A stretch of DNA of 64,000 nt from Chitinophagaceae bacterium (GTDB lineage Bacteria; Bacteroidota; Bacteroidia; Chitinophagales; Chitinophagaceae): positions 1,233 to 65,232 of the forward strand of contig JBDSBR010000018.1 in NCBI GenBank assembly GCA_039921505.1, written 5' to 3'. This document shows positions 37,901 to 46,312 of this stretch, one piece after another. A program made the position numbers and the translations under genes. How positions within the stretch are numbered: position 1 is the first letter of the stretch; each line of letters starts with the position of its first letter. The notes under the pieces were generated by a model. That model ran no database searches. It worked only from the letters and a program-made list of their open reading frames with translations, and was not told where the DNA came from.

Positions 37901-38465
37901 AAAAGAGATTGAATACCTGGACCCGGATAATACTTTTATCCGGAAAAAGATAAAACCCAATTTTGTGGCCCTGGGCAAAAAGCTTGGTCCGAAAATGAAA
38001 TCGGTATCCACAGCTTTGGCACAATTCACCCAGGAAGAGATAGCCAGGTTGGAAAAAGAAGGTCAATTTAATTTGTCAATTGAGGGCGAACCTGTAATAT
38101 TACAGATTGCGGAAGTGGAGATCAGCAGCGAAGATATTCCCGGCTGGACCGTAGCCAATAAAGGCAGCCTGACCGTGGCGTTGGATATTACAGTGACCCC
38201 AGAACTGGAGGCCGAAGGAAATGCCCGGGAATTTGTAAACCGCATCCAGAAGATCCGTAAGGACAGCGGATTTGACCTCACTGACAGGATAGAAGTTAAA
38301 GTGTCGGTAGCAAACGGACTAAAAGATTCATTGGCTCAGTTTAAAGACTATATTTGCGCCGAAATTCTGGCAGATAAACTGGAATTTATGGCTGGGATTA
38401 AGGATGGCTCTGAGATTGAGATAAATGATGTTTCGCTAAATGTGATTGTTTTAAAAAAAGGGTAA
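34929..38465 (+). CDS. ileS: Isoleucine--tRNA ligase (type 2) with three repeat-derived in-frame inserts
   Basis: EGPPSANG, GWDTHGLP, WTTTPWTLP, GTGIVH, DWNLSRSRYWG, EGVDQTRGWF, KMSKR. Confidence 0.98.
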   Translation: MAMNAKYKEFTGLDLPGMEREILAEWTEKQAFEKSVSLREGAAPFVFYEGPPSANGMPGIHHVISRTLKDLVCRYKTMKGFQVKRKGGWDTHGLPIELGVEKELGITKEDIGKKISVEEYNQKCREAVLRYKDKWDDITRKMGYWVDLNDPYITYKNEYIESVWWILSELYKKGLLYESVSIQPYSPAAGTGLSSHELNQPGTYKDVKDTSAVAMFKASPNPSEGGAYKNPGISKLFSAIAESQNPPSEGREAEIFFLAWTTTPWTLPSNLGLTVGGNIDYVLVKTTNPYLYNPINVVLAKQLMPKYFDGTSISDAVGTKYSILSQDDNIKRKSVEWEIISEFKGKELEGCEYEQLLPYKANSLKAIEEITPGAKPFRVMVDSFVTTEDGTGIVHTAPAFGADDYKVGKKYNIGILTMVDREGKFVEGLGEFSNRFVKNYKDDPNYVDVNVDISVKLKKENRAFKVEKYEHNYPHCWRTDKPILYYPLDAWFIKTTAVKERMVELNKTINWKPKSTGDGRFGNWLENVVDWNLSRSRYWGTPLPIWRTEEGDEEVCIGSIEELNDGIRKASEVLGGDVNKHYLHEGILDLHKPYVDDIILVSKSGKPMKRVSDLIDVWFDSGSMPYAQWGLPDTSSNQFGPLTAENFFKYHASSKASPLWGGLEGAAFPADYIAEGVDQTRGWFYTLHAIAVMLFDSVAYKTCVSNGLVLDKNGNKMSKRLGNVVDPFTTIETFGADATRWYLVTNASPWDNMKFDLEGIKEVQRKFFGTLYNTYQFFALYSNVDGFAFKEKYIPLAERPEIDRWILSSLNTVVKQANEYMDDYEPTQAGRVIEDFVDEQLSNWYVRLCRRRFWKGEYEQDKICAYQTLYECLETISRLVAPISPFFSDVLFRNLNAVTKRFNAESVHHISYPDLDACQDPPTGGRGAIDESLEERMQLAQDVSSLVLSLRKKMNLKVRQPLQKVLVPVLSVSMKQQLQKVEDLVKAEVNVKEIEYLDPDNTFIRKKIKPNFVALGKKLGPKMKSVSTALAQFTQEEIARLEKEGQFNLSIEGEPVILQIAEVEISSEDIPGWTVANKGSLTVALDITVTPELEAEGNAREFVNRIQKIRKDSGFDLTDRIEVKVSVANGLKDSLAQFKDYICAEILADKLEFMAGIKDGSEIEINDVSLNVIVLKKG
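35579..35687. repeat. GC-rich palindromic element (both arms) inside ileS
   Basis: AGCCTCCCCAAACCCCTCCGAAGGAGGGG ... CCCTCCTTCGGAGGGCAGGGAGGCT. Confidence 0.85.
36894..36926. repeat. GC-rich palindromic half-element inside ileS
   Basis: GCCTCCCC-CTTGT-GGGGAGGC-TTGGAGGGGGCT. Confidence 0.75.
37688..37712. repeat. Degenerate GC-rich half-element inside ileS
   Basis: CCCCCCAACGGGAGGCAGAGGGGCT. Confidence 0.55.
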
Positions 38466-38468
38466 ATC

Positions 38469-39275
38469 ATGGCAAGTAAAAAGAAACAGGCTCCCAAAAA
38501 GGCCGCCAAACCCGCCCCCAAAGCTGCTTCAAAAAAACCAGCAGCAAAGAAAACTGTGAAAAAATCTGCACCTAAAAAAGCGGCGCCCAAAAAAGCGTCC
38601 CCTAAACCCGTGGCTAAAAAACCAGTACCCAAAGTAATAGCAAAACCAGCGGCTAAACCGGCCCCGAAAGTGGCGGCCAAACCCGAACCGGTTGTGAAAG
38701 CGCTACCTAAAAAACCCGGAACAGTTGATCCCAAATCATTGGTATCGATCAAGCCCAAGGTAAAACCTGTTATCAAAAAAGAACCTCCAAAACCCATGAA
38801 AGTTGTTATGCCTAAAATAACTACCAAGAGCTCGGTGAAATATGAACCCGAGTTCACGAAATCTGTACTGGACACGTCAGCAACGGTTTACCAGTCAACA
38901 GGACCGACAATGCGGTATTCTGATAATGACCTCACGGAATTCCGGGAGATCATCCAGAAAAAGCTGGACGCTGCTAAAAAAGAACTGGCTTATCTCCAGG
39001 GGCTGATTACCCGTAAGGATGAAGGCGGTGATATGGATGAGGCCCGCTATATGACGATGGAAGACGGCAGTGTGAGTATGGAAAGGGAACAACTGAGTCA
39101 GATGGCCAGCCGCCAGATCACGTTTATTGATCACCTGGAAAAAGCCATGATGCGTATCGAAAATAAGACCTATGGTATTTGCCGGGTAACAGGTAAGCTG
39201 ATCGACAAGGCCCGTCTTCGTGCTGTACCACATGCTACACTCAGCATTGAGGCCAAGCAGATGATGAATAAGTAG
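38469..39275 (+). CDS. dksA: TraR/DksA-family regulator with long Lys/Ala/Pro-rich N-terminus
   Basis: C-terminal MEDGS...EREQLSQMASRQ...YGICRVTGKLIDKARLRAVPHATLSIEAK; follows ileS. Confidence 0.85.
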   Translation: MASKKKQAPKKAAKPAPKAASKKPAAKKTVKKSAPKKAAPKKASPKPVAKKPVPKVIAKPAAKPAPKVAAKPEPVVKALPKKPGTVDPKSLVSIKPKVKPVIKKEPPKPMKVVMPKITTKSSVKYEPEFTKSVLDTSATVYQSTGPTMRYSDNDLTEFREIIQKKLDAAKKELAYLQGLITRKDEGGDMDEARYMTMEDGSVSMEREQLSQMASRQITFIDHLEKAMMRIENKTYGICRVTGKLIDKARLRAVPHATLSIEAKQMMNK

Positions 39276-39280
39276 TAAAT

Positions 39281-39361
39281 AAGTATATAAAGTAAATAGG
39301 GTATATAAGGTCAGAAGACACTTTATATACCCTATTTACTTTATCTACCTATTTACTTTAC
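39281..39361. repeat. 9-nt-period inverted repeat between convergent genes (possible bidirectional terminator)
   Basis: 23-bp arms 39288-39310 / 39321-39343, 22 of 23 complementary. Confidence 0.85.
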
Positions 39362-39380
39362 AACCTCTTCAGGCAACAGT

Positions 39381-40130
39381 CTACTTCTTCTTTCCCCGCA
39401 AAAAAATCTGGAAACCGATTCCGAGTGAGAAACCATGATTAGTGAATTTAGTGGTCGTTTCATTTTCTCCTCGTTCATCAATACTTCCGTCATTACCATT
39501 ATCCCTCAACGTTGTCTTTTTAAAGACGTTTTTATTATAAGAGAAATTATAACCGATATAAAAATCAAGTCCTGCATTTTCTCCCATCATTTTGGTAACT
39601 CCTGCGGAAAAAGCAGCATTCATAAAACTACCCCCGTTGGAATCGCCAGTGTAGGTAATTTTATAGGCAGGGGAGGACCCTCCATAGAAAAAGCCTTCTG
39701 TTTTCTGGCTGCTGTAACCTCCGTTAAGACTGATCTGTCCAAAGGGCAGTAATGAGCTTTTGTCCGAAAAATAATTCCGTACAAAACCACCGATCCCGAT
39801 ATTAAAGCCATTGGATTTATCGCTCTGGTAAGTGGTTCCATTTTGTTCGTAGGTAACTTTTTGACCGTTGGGGTTGATATTAAGGGTAGCACCGACAACT
39901 GTTTTGCCTGAAATGAACCACCCAAGAGAGGGCATAATATTGATCCCATAACTGGTATTGACAGACTTATTACTCCCGATCGAAGCGACGGTAATATCAG
40001 CGCTGCCGGAGTTGTAAAAAATGCTGGCAACCGAAGCCCCTACCATCCTGTCACCTTTCGAAAACTGGGCCTTACAAAGGCTACCACTTAGCAGAAAAAC
40101 AACAGCTAAAAAAGACATTTTTCCATGCAT
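39381..40130 (-). CDS. Outer-membrane beta-barrel protein
   Basis: Signal peptide, AQFSKGD start, alternating aromatic/Gly strands, terminal IGFQIFL. Confidence 0.75.
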   Translation of the reverse strand: MHGKMSFLAVVFLLSGSLCKAQFSKGDRMVGASVASIFYNSGSADITVASIGSNKSVNTSYGINIMPSLGWFISGKTVVGATLNINPNGQKVTYEQNGTTYQSDKSNGFNIGIGGFVRNYFSDKSSLLPFGQISLNGGYSSQKTEGFFYGGSSPAYKITYTGDSNGGSFMNAAFSAGVTKMMGENAGLDFYIGYNFSYNKNVFKKTTLRDNGNDGSIDERGENETTTKFTNHGFSLGIGFQIFLRGKKK

Positions 40131-40311
40131 AAATCAGGCATTGATAAGCGACAAATATAGACTGGATAAACCAAAAAAAAGGGGTAAAAATATTTTTAAA
40201 AAAGCCCCAATGAATTGATATTTTTTCCTTTACCTTTAAATCGTGTTGGAGGTAAGAGAAATTCCCCTTACTTTTAAAACCGAAACTAATTAACAGCCAA
40301 ATCAAACTTTT

Positions 40312-41013
40312 ATGAGAAAGTTCAGACTTCTTTCCCTTTTACTTGTTACTATCGCATTTCTCGCTGTCAATTGTACCAAAGAAGGTCCAGAAGGACCTGC
40401 TGGTGCAGCTGGCCCCCAGGGGCCTGCTGGTACACCTGGTACTACTGGTCCTGCTGGTCCTGCTGGTCCTGCTGGTCCTACTGGTCCTGCCGGTGCAACC
40501 GGTGCTACCGGTCCTGCCGGAACAGCTAATGTAATCTATAGTCCCTGGACACCTTTCACAGCCCCTAACTGGAGTGCAACTACTGTCGATATATTTGGAA
40601 AAACTGCAAGAAGGTATACTGCTGCAGCGCCTGGTATCACTGCTACCATGTTGTCACAGGGTACGATCCTGGTTTATTTCCAGGGAGGTGGTTCACCAGG
40701 AACAGTTCGTATACTGCCGTATACAACATTCAATTTTACACAACCTGTTAACCAGGTCATCGAGCCCAGTTTTGTTGTCGGATCGATCCTGATAAATTTC
40801 TATAACATCAGTGATAATAACGACCCCGGAACCTTTACAGGAACCGCCGGTACTCCTCCTACAGGTAATATATACCGTTACATCCTGATCCCCGGTGGAG
40901 TAGCAGGTGGTCGTGGTACTAGCCCGGGTGTTGGTGGAAGCGGTTATACTGAAGCCCAGTTGAAAGCAATGCCTTACAGCGAAGTTTGCAGGATATTCAG
41001 CGTTCGCCAATAA
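40312..41013 (+). CDS. Collagen-like (Gly-X-Y x16) lipoprotein
   Basis: Lipobox LAVNC; GPEGPAGAAGPQ...GTANVIYSPW. Confidence 0.85.
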   Translation: MRKFRLLSLLLVTIAFLAVNCTKEGPEGPAGAAGPQGPAGTPGTTGPAGPAGPAGPTGPAGATGATGPAGTANVIYSPWTPFTAPNWSATTVDIFGKTARRYTAAAPGITATMLSQGTILVYFQGGGSPGTVRILPYTTFNFTQPVNQVIEPSFVVGSILINFYNISDNNDPGTFTGTAGTPPTGNIYRYILIPGGVAGGRGTSPGVGGSGYTEAQLKAMPYSEVCRIFSVRQ

Positions 41014-41032
41014 GCAGTTCTTATAAATTCTT

Positions 41033-41059
41033 AAGCCGCATCCACAGGTGCGGCTTTTT
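41033..41059 (+). terminator. Rho-independent terminator
   Basis: AAGCCGCA-TCCACAGG-TGCGGCTT followed by TTT. Confidence 0.8.
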
Positions 41060-41110
41060 CTTTTATACAGGTTTTATTTCTGTCTTAAATTGCGCCTCCA
41101 AATCTTTGCA

Positions 41111-42448
41111 ATGAAAAATATCATTTTACCTGCGACCCTGCTTATTATCTCCTGCAGCGTACTCGCCCAACCACGGGTTATTTCCGGCCCTATGCTCGGA
41201 CCCGTAGAGTTGCGGGATGCCAAAGTATGGGTGGAGGTCTCACCTGAAGTAAAGACCGTTTCCTTACAATACAATAAAAAAGGGGATCCGAAAACAGTAA
41301 AGACCGTTGCTTATAAAGGAGTGCTTGGAAATGATTTCAATCCTTTGCAGTTCACGATCGGCGGGTTGGATATGAATACGACCTATGAATACAGGATCTG
41401 GATCAATGGAAAGGCAAGCGGGAAAAACGGCGGGTTCACGACCAAGGATCTCTGGCAATGGCGTAAGGATCCGCCTGCATTCAGTTTCCTGACCGGCTCT
41501 TGTTCTTATTTTAACCAACCTGTTTACGACCGGCCCGGAACAGCTTATGGAAAGGATTCTTCGATCTTCGAACCCATGGCACAGGAGAAAGCCGCTTTTA
41601 TGTTATGGCTTGGAGATGCCTGGTATACAAGAGAAGTGGATTACTACAGCGAATGGGGATTATGGTCCAGGGCCAGTCATGACCGTGCCCTGCCCATCAC
41701 ACAAAATTTCCTGAAAGCTATGCCGCAACTGGCTATCTGGGATGATCATGATTATGGACCCAATGATATTGGCAAGAACTATACGCTGAAAGAAACCAGC
41801 CGGAATGTCTTTAATAAATATTTCTGTAATCCTTCGTCGGGTGAAAATGGACAGGGAATCTATACGATGACCAGTTGGGGCGATGCCGATATCTTTATGA
41901 CCGATGACCGCTGGTGGCGGAGTACAGATAAACTGAAAGATTCTGTCGATGGAAAACCCAACCCCGAAAAAAGGATGCTGGGTGTTCAGCAAATGGAATG
42001 GTTAAAAAATTCCCTTTTGTTCAGCACGGCTACTTTTAAGATCATTGCAGTGGGCAGCCAGGTACTTAACCCCGTATCTCCTTATGAAGCCTGGTGGAAG
42101 TTTCCCGTTGAATACAAAGAACTGATGGATTTCCTGGAAGAGTATAAAATAACAGGGGTGGTCTTCCTGACGGGTGACAGGCACCATAGTGAAATAATCA
42201 AGGTCAGCAGGCCGGGCAGTTACCCGCTTTATGATATTACCGCTTCTCCGCTTACTTCCGGTACGCATACATTCGGCGGGCCAGAAAAAAATAATCCTTA
42301 CCGTGTCCTGGGAATTGATGAGAAACAGAATTACAGCCGCTTTTCATTCAGCGGCCAGCGCGGCAGCCGTAAATTAACCGTTGAATTCCTCGGAGTGAAA
42401 GGGGAGAAGTTGGGGGAATGGAATATCACGGAAAAAGAATTGAAATAA
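41111..42448 (+). CDS. Alkaline phosphatase D (PhoD) family protein
   Basis: FLTGSCSY, MLWLGDAWY, IWDDHDYG, FLTGDRHHSE. Confidence 0.88.
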   Translation: MKNIILPATLLIISCSVLAQPRVISGPMLGPVELRDAKVWVEVSPEVKTVSLQYNKKGDPKTVKTVAYKGVLGNDFNPLQFTIGGLDMNTTYEYRIWINGKASGKNGGFTTKDLWQWRKDPPAFSFLTGSCSYFNQPVYDRPGTAYGKDSSIFEPMAQEKAAFMLWLGDAWYTREVDYYSEWGLWSRASHDRALPITQNFLKAMPQLAIWDDHDYGPNDIGKNYTLKETSRNVFNKYFCNPSSGENGQGIYTMTSWGDADIFMTDDRWWRSTDKLKDSVDGKPNPEKRMLGVQQMEWLKNSLLFSTATFKIIAVGSQVLNPVSPYEAWWKFPVEYKELMDFLEEYKITGVVFLTGDRHHSEIIKVSRPGSYPLYDITASPLTSGTHTFGGPEKNNPYRVLGIDEKQNYSRFSFSGQRGSRKLTVEFLGVKGEKLGEWNITEKELK

Positions 42449-42462
42449 CCAAAGCCATCAAT

Positions 42463-43083
42463 ATGAAACAATCTATTGCCATCCTTATTATGCTGACCGG
42501 GCTGATTGCCTGCAAGGACAAAAAAGAAAATTCCGGGGATACCGTCCGTATTACCCAAATCAACCAGGAAACAGCAGACCCGTTGATAGACTCTGCTGCT
42601 ATAAGGGTGGTCGTGCTTGATTTTTACAACTGGTACACAAAGAACTATAGCCGTCTCCAGGGTTACGATCTTTACAGTGGAATAAAAAAGAAAGATGCGC
42701 CACCTTATAAAATAAACTGGGACGTAGTGGACAAGTACCAGGCTTTCATCCGGGATTCTGTGCCACAGTTGGGCGACGAGTTTCTTAAGGACCAGAAGCT
42801 GATGTTCACTAAAGCGGATTCGGCTTTTAAAGTGGATGTGAAAGACGATGTGCCCTATTATTTTGATTATGACTGGTACACGAATAGCCAGGAAGACCCC
42901 CAATATTTGCTGGATGGGCTCACTGAATCAAAAAAATGGATCATTAAAGTAAACGGGAATGATGCTGCAGTGGAAATCGGAAGTCCCGATAAAAGAGATT
43001 ATGTTCCCGGCACCCTGCTATTATATGTAGGCATGAAAAAAGAAAATGGTCAGTGGACCATTGCTAAGATCGGGAATGACTAG
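42463..43083 (+). CDS. Hypothetical lipoprotein
   Basis: Lipobox LIAC from ATG 42463; DFYNWY and WTIAKI resemble DUF3828/NTF2-like folds (weak). Confidence 0.7.
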   Translation: MKQSIAILIMLTGLIACKDKKENSGDTVRITQINQETADPLIDSAAIRVVVLDFYNWYTKNYSRLQGYDLYSGIKKKDAPPYKINWDVVDKYQAFIRDSVPQLGDEFLKDQKLMFTKADSAFKVDVKDDVPYYFDYDWYTNSQEDPQYLLDGLTESKKWIIKVNGNDAAVEIGSPDKRDYVPGTLLLYVGMKKENGQWTIAKIGND

Positions 43084-43173
43084 GAAAGTTATAGTAAAGT
43101 TTCAACACAGGGATAGGGAGGAACAAAGAATTACAGGGACCTGGCTTTCAGCGATAACGTGTAAGTAATAACT

Positions 43174-43653
43174 ATGACAATTCATTTTGGTTACGATAAA
43201 GGAAGGGTAATACAGGCACTGCGGTATCATTTTATCAGCCGACGGGAGATCAAGATCATGCTGATCCTGGTAAATGTGTTTGCTATGCTGTCGATCGCCC
43301 TGTATGCCCTGAAAAAAATATCTGCTGGCCCTTTTTTAGTAGGGTCTTTTTTATGGGTGGTGCTGATGATCAGTTTCTGGTTCATTCTTCCCTGGCTCGT
43401 ATACAGGAAAGCTGTAACGTTCAAACATAGATTCAGTATGAGTTTTGAGGAGGAAGGCTTTACGCTGAGTCATGAGAAAGGATCTAAGTCATGGCCCTGG
43501 ACAGCCCTGAAGAGCTATCTTGAAAGTCCTCATTTCTTCCATTTATATTTTGATAACCGTTCTTTTTTTCTCGTACCGAAAGAAGGATGCAGGGATACGG
43601 ACGAGGTCTATGAATTGCGCAAACTTATTAAGTCAAAAGTGCCGAAAGGATGA
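43174..43653 (+). CDS. YcxB-family membrane protein
   Basis: Two TM helices, then W..L..Y.ESPHFFHLY...FFLVPK. Confidence 0.7.
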   Translation: MTIHFGYDKGRVIQALRYHFISRREIKIMLILVNVFAMLSIALYALKKISAGPFLVGSFLWVVLMISFWFILPWLVYRKAVTFKHRFSMSFEEEGFTLSHEKGSKSWPWTALKSYLESPHFFHLYFDNRSFFLVPKEGCRDTDEVYELRKLIKSKVPKG

Positions 43654-43658
43654 AGAAG

Positions 43659-43871
43659 AGATAATAGATGACAGATGATAGATAATAGAGGACAGATGAT
43701 AGTAGAGGAAGACTCTATTACCAGGGTTTTACAATTTGTTGAGAAAGTTACAATAAACAGTAACTATCATCTGTCATCTATTAGTTATTATCTTGATTAG
43801 AGGAGTGTTGGAGAAATAGAGAAAACTTCAATTTAAAGTAACTATCATCTGTCATCTATCAGTTATCATCT
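43659..43871. repeat. Heptamer inverted repeat with one left arm and two right arms
   Basis: AGATAAT/AGATGAC/AGATGAT x6; AGTAACTATCATCTGTCATCTAT duplicated at 43759 and 43837. Confidence 0.85.
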
Positions 43872-43873
43872 GA

Positions 43874-44302
43874 TCAAAGTTTTTTCTCCATTACAAAGTG
43901 CGGGATAGTGATTTCATTGAATTCATCACTGGCAACACGATAGCCCATTTTTTCATAAAAGCCGATAGCATTTTTTCGGGCATGCATGGAAAGTATCTTG
44001 TAGCCCTGGTCGCGGGCCAGGTTCTCTGCAAAACCCATCAGTGCTCTGCCAATTCCTTTTCCCTGCAGGTCATTCAGCACGGCCATTTGCCGTAACCGGA
44101 CGGTGTCGGTGCTTTCTTCCACGAGCATACAGCAACCCAGCATATCTTCATCCTCAAAGGCGGCAATCAGCATATTCTCTTTTTCCTGTTCCAGTTCATC
44201 GGGTGAAAAACCAAGCCCGAGTGGTTTACGCAGGATATCATCCCGCAGCTTCACCATCTGCTGGTATTCATTACTTCCATGGTCGATAATTTTCAGCGCC
44301 AT
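43874..44302 (-). CDS. GNAT-family N-acetyltransferase
   Basis: RLRQMAV...QGKGIGRALM, MHARKNAIGFYEKMGY. Confidence 0.9.
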   Translation of the reverse strand: MALKIIDHGSNEYQQMVKLRDDILRKPLGLGFSPDELEQEKENMLIAAFEDEDMLGCCMLVEESTDTVRLRQMAVLNDLQGKGIGRALMGFAENLARDQGYKILSMHARKNAIGFYEKMGYRVASDEFNEITIPHFVMEKKL

Positions 44303-44482
44303 TACTAAGAGATTAATCCGCGATAAGTTCAAAATACAAAGAACTTGCAATACTGCCAACCGTTTGTTGTCTTTATTTACCTCCGGGTGACCGTATTTGC
44401 CTGATCTTATGGGTTAGTTTTCAGTTTATTGGGTGAAAACCGAAAAAAAAACGCTTTCCGCCGCCGATTAATTCAAAAAGTA

Positions 44483-44490
44483 TATTTTTG
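44483..44490 (+). promoter_or_regulatory. -7 promoter box (acpP)
   Basis: TATTTTTG, 26 nt before the ATG. Confidence 0.55.
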
Positions 44491-44516
44491 CTCCCAATAA
44501 ACAAAACTTAAAGAAC

Positions 44517-44753
44517 ATGTCAGACATTGCATCAAGAGTTAAAAAGATCATCGTTGACAAGCTGGGCGTTGACGAAGCAGAAGTTACCAATGAAGCTTCT
44601 TTTACAAACGATCTCGGCGCCGATTCATTAGATACGGTAGAACTGATCATGGAATTTGAAAAAGAATTCAATATCTCCATTCCGGATGAGCAGGCTGAGA
44701 CCATTACTACAGTGGGTCAGGCTGTGGCTTACCTGGAAGAGCACGCCAAGTAA
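44517..44753 (+). CDS. acpP: Acyl carrier protein
   Basis: [20 protein letters not shown]. Confidence 0.98.
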   Translation: MSDIASRVKKIIVDKLGVDEAEVTNEASFTNDLGADSLDTVELIMEFEKEFNISIPDEQAETITTVGQAVAYLEEHAK

Positions 44754-44812
44754 TTCATTTCGTTACCGGTAACGGCTATTGCTTTAACCGGCAGACAGGA
44801 AATAAATTCACT

Positions 44813-44850
44813 CCGCCTTCTGACTGTTGTGACAGCGAAGGCGGTTTTTT
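44813..44850 (+). terminator. Terminator between acpP and fabF
   Basis: CCGCCTTC...GAAGGCGG followed by TTTTTT. Confidence 0.75.
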
Positions 44851-44907
44851 ACTTCATACAATAAGCCCCGGGCGATCCGCCCTTAGGCTGCAGCCCGCAG
44901 CTTGTTG

Positions 44908-44915
44908 TATCTTTG
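44908..44915 (+). promoter_or_regulatory. -7 promoter box (fabF)
   Basis: TATCTTTG. Confidence 0.55.
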
Positions 44916-44943
44916 CGTAAACTATTTTATCTTAAAGCGATAT

Positions 44944-46197
44944 ATGGAATTAAAGCGGGTTGTTGTAACAGGAATGGGTGCGCTGACACCATTAGGCAAT
45001 ACCGTCCAGGAATACTGGGATGGATTGATCAATGGCGTGCCCGGTGCCGATATGATCACCCAGTTTGATGCTTCCAAATTCCGTACAAAATTCGCCTGCG
45101 AGGTAAAAGGATTTGAGCCCACGCAATTCCTTGATAAAAAAGAAGCACGCAAGATCGACCGCTTCACCCAGTTCGCTCTCGTCGTAAGCGACCAGGCCAT
45201 GGCGGATGCGGGTCTTAACAGGGACAATATCAACCCCGACCGGGTCGGCGTTGTATTTGCCAGCGGGATTGGTGGGTTGATCACTTTCCAGCACGAGGTA
45301 ACGGATTTTGCAAGAGGTGATGGAACACCGCGTTTCAATCCCTTCTTTATTCCCAAAATGATTTTGGATATTGCTGCCGGCCAGATCAGCATGCGGCATA
45401 ACTTAAGAGGTCCCAATTTTGCCGTGGTAAGCGCCTGTGCCAGCAGTACCAATGCTATTATGGACGCTTTCAACCTGATCCGCCTTGGCAAATCGGATAT
45501 CATTGTTACCGGTGGAAGTGAAGCAGTGATCAGCGAAGCAGGCGTGGGGGGGTTTAATGCCATGAAGGCGATGAGCGAAAGAAATGATGATCCCAAAACT
45601 GCCAGCCGTCCCTACGATAAGGACCGTGATGGTTTCGTGATGGGAGAAGCCTGTGGTATTGTGATCCTCGAAGAACTGGAGCATGCAAAAGCAAGAGGAG
45701 CAAAAATTTATTGTGAAATAGCCGGTTGCGGCGCTACGGCCGATGCGCATCATATCACGGCACCTCACCCGGAAGGACTGGGTGCTACTAATGTGATGCT
45801 GGTTGCGCTTGATGATGCCGGGATGAAGGCTGACGAAATCGATTATATCAATACGCATGGTACATCTACCCCGATTGGTGACGGCGCCGAAGTAAAAGCT
45901 ATCACCAGGGTCTTTGGCGAACATGCCTATAAGTTGAATATCAGTGCTACCAAATCTATGACGGGTCACTGTCTCGGTGCCGCAGGGGTGATCGAAGCCA
46001 TTGCCAGTATCAAGGCCGTAATGCATGATATCATTCCTCCTACCATCAATCATTTTACGGATGATCCTGAACTGGACTCTAAACTTAATTTTACTTTTAA
46101 CAAAGCCCAGCAAAGGACCGTCCGTGCGGCCCTCAGCAATACTTTTGGTTTTGGCGGACACAATGCTTGTGTGATCGTAAAGAAGTTCCCGGGATAA
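44944..46197 (+). CDS. fabF: Beta-ketoacyl-ACP synthase II
   Basis: RVVVTGMG, SACAS, NTHGTST, KSMTGH, SNTFGFGGHN. Confidence 0.97.
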   Translation: MELKRVVVTGMGALTPLGNTVQEYWDGLINGVPGADMITQFDASKFRTKFACEVKGFEPTQFLDKKEARKIDRFTQFALVVSDQAMADAGLNRDNINPDRVGVVFASGIGGLITFQHEVTDFARGDGTPRFNPFFIPKMILDIAAGQISMRHNLRGPNFAVVSACASSTNAIMDAFNLIRLGKSDIIVTGGSEAVISEAGVGGFNAMKAMSERNDDPKTASRPYDKDRDGFVMGEACGIVILEELEHAKARGAKIYCEIAGCGATADAHHITAPHPEGLGATNVMLVALDDAGMKADEIDYINTHGTSTPIGDGAEVKAITRVFGEHAYKLNISATKSMTGHCLGAAGVIEAIASIKAVMHDIIPPTINHFTDDPELDSKLNFTFNKAQQRTVRAALSNTFGFGGHNACVIVKKFPG

Positions 46198-46198
46198 T

Positions 46199-46291
46199 GT
46201 TTGAAGTTTGAGGTTTCAGCTTCTCTTACACAATTCCCTTAAAGACAGGAAAATAACTGACCAGGAAACGTTAAACGTCAAACATCAAACT
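46199..46291. repeat. Heptamer inverted repeat between fabF and rnc
   Basis: GTTTGAAGTTTGAGGTTT vs AAACGTTAAACGTCAAACATCAAACT. Confidence 0.7.
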
Positions 46292-46312
46292 TTTTTTTGT
46301 ATTTTAACAGCT

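Noticed and set aside
38348-38875. 175-aa minus ORF opposite dksA
   Set aside because: Hydrophobic mirror of the Lys/Ala/Pro repeats; fully antisense.
44857-44909. Imperfect hairpin TACAATAAGC...GCTTGTTGTA before the fabF promoter as an ncRNA
   Set aside because: Single copy, no recognisable RNA family; noted only.
44922-46161. Long antisense ORFs (224, 135, 252 aa) opposite fabF
   Set aside because: Shadow frames of a highly conserved gene; no motifs.
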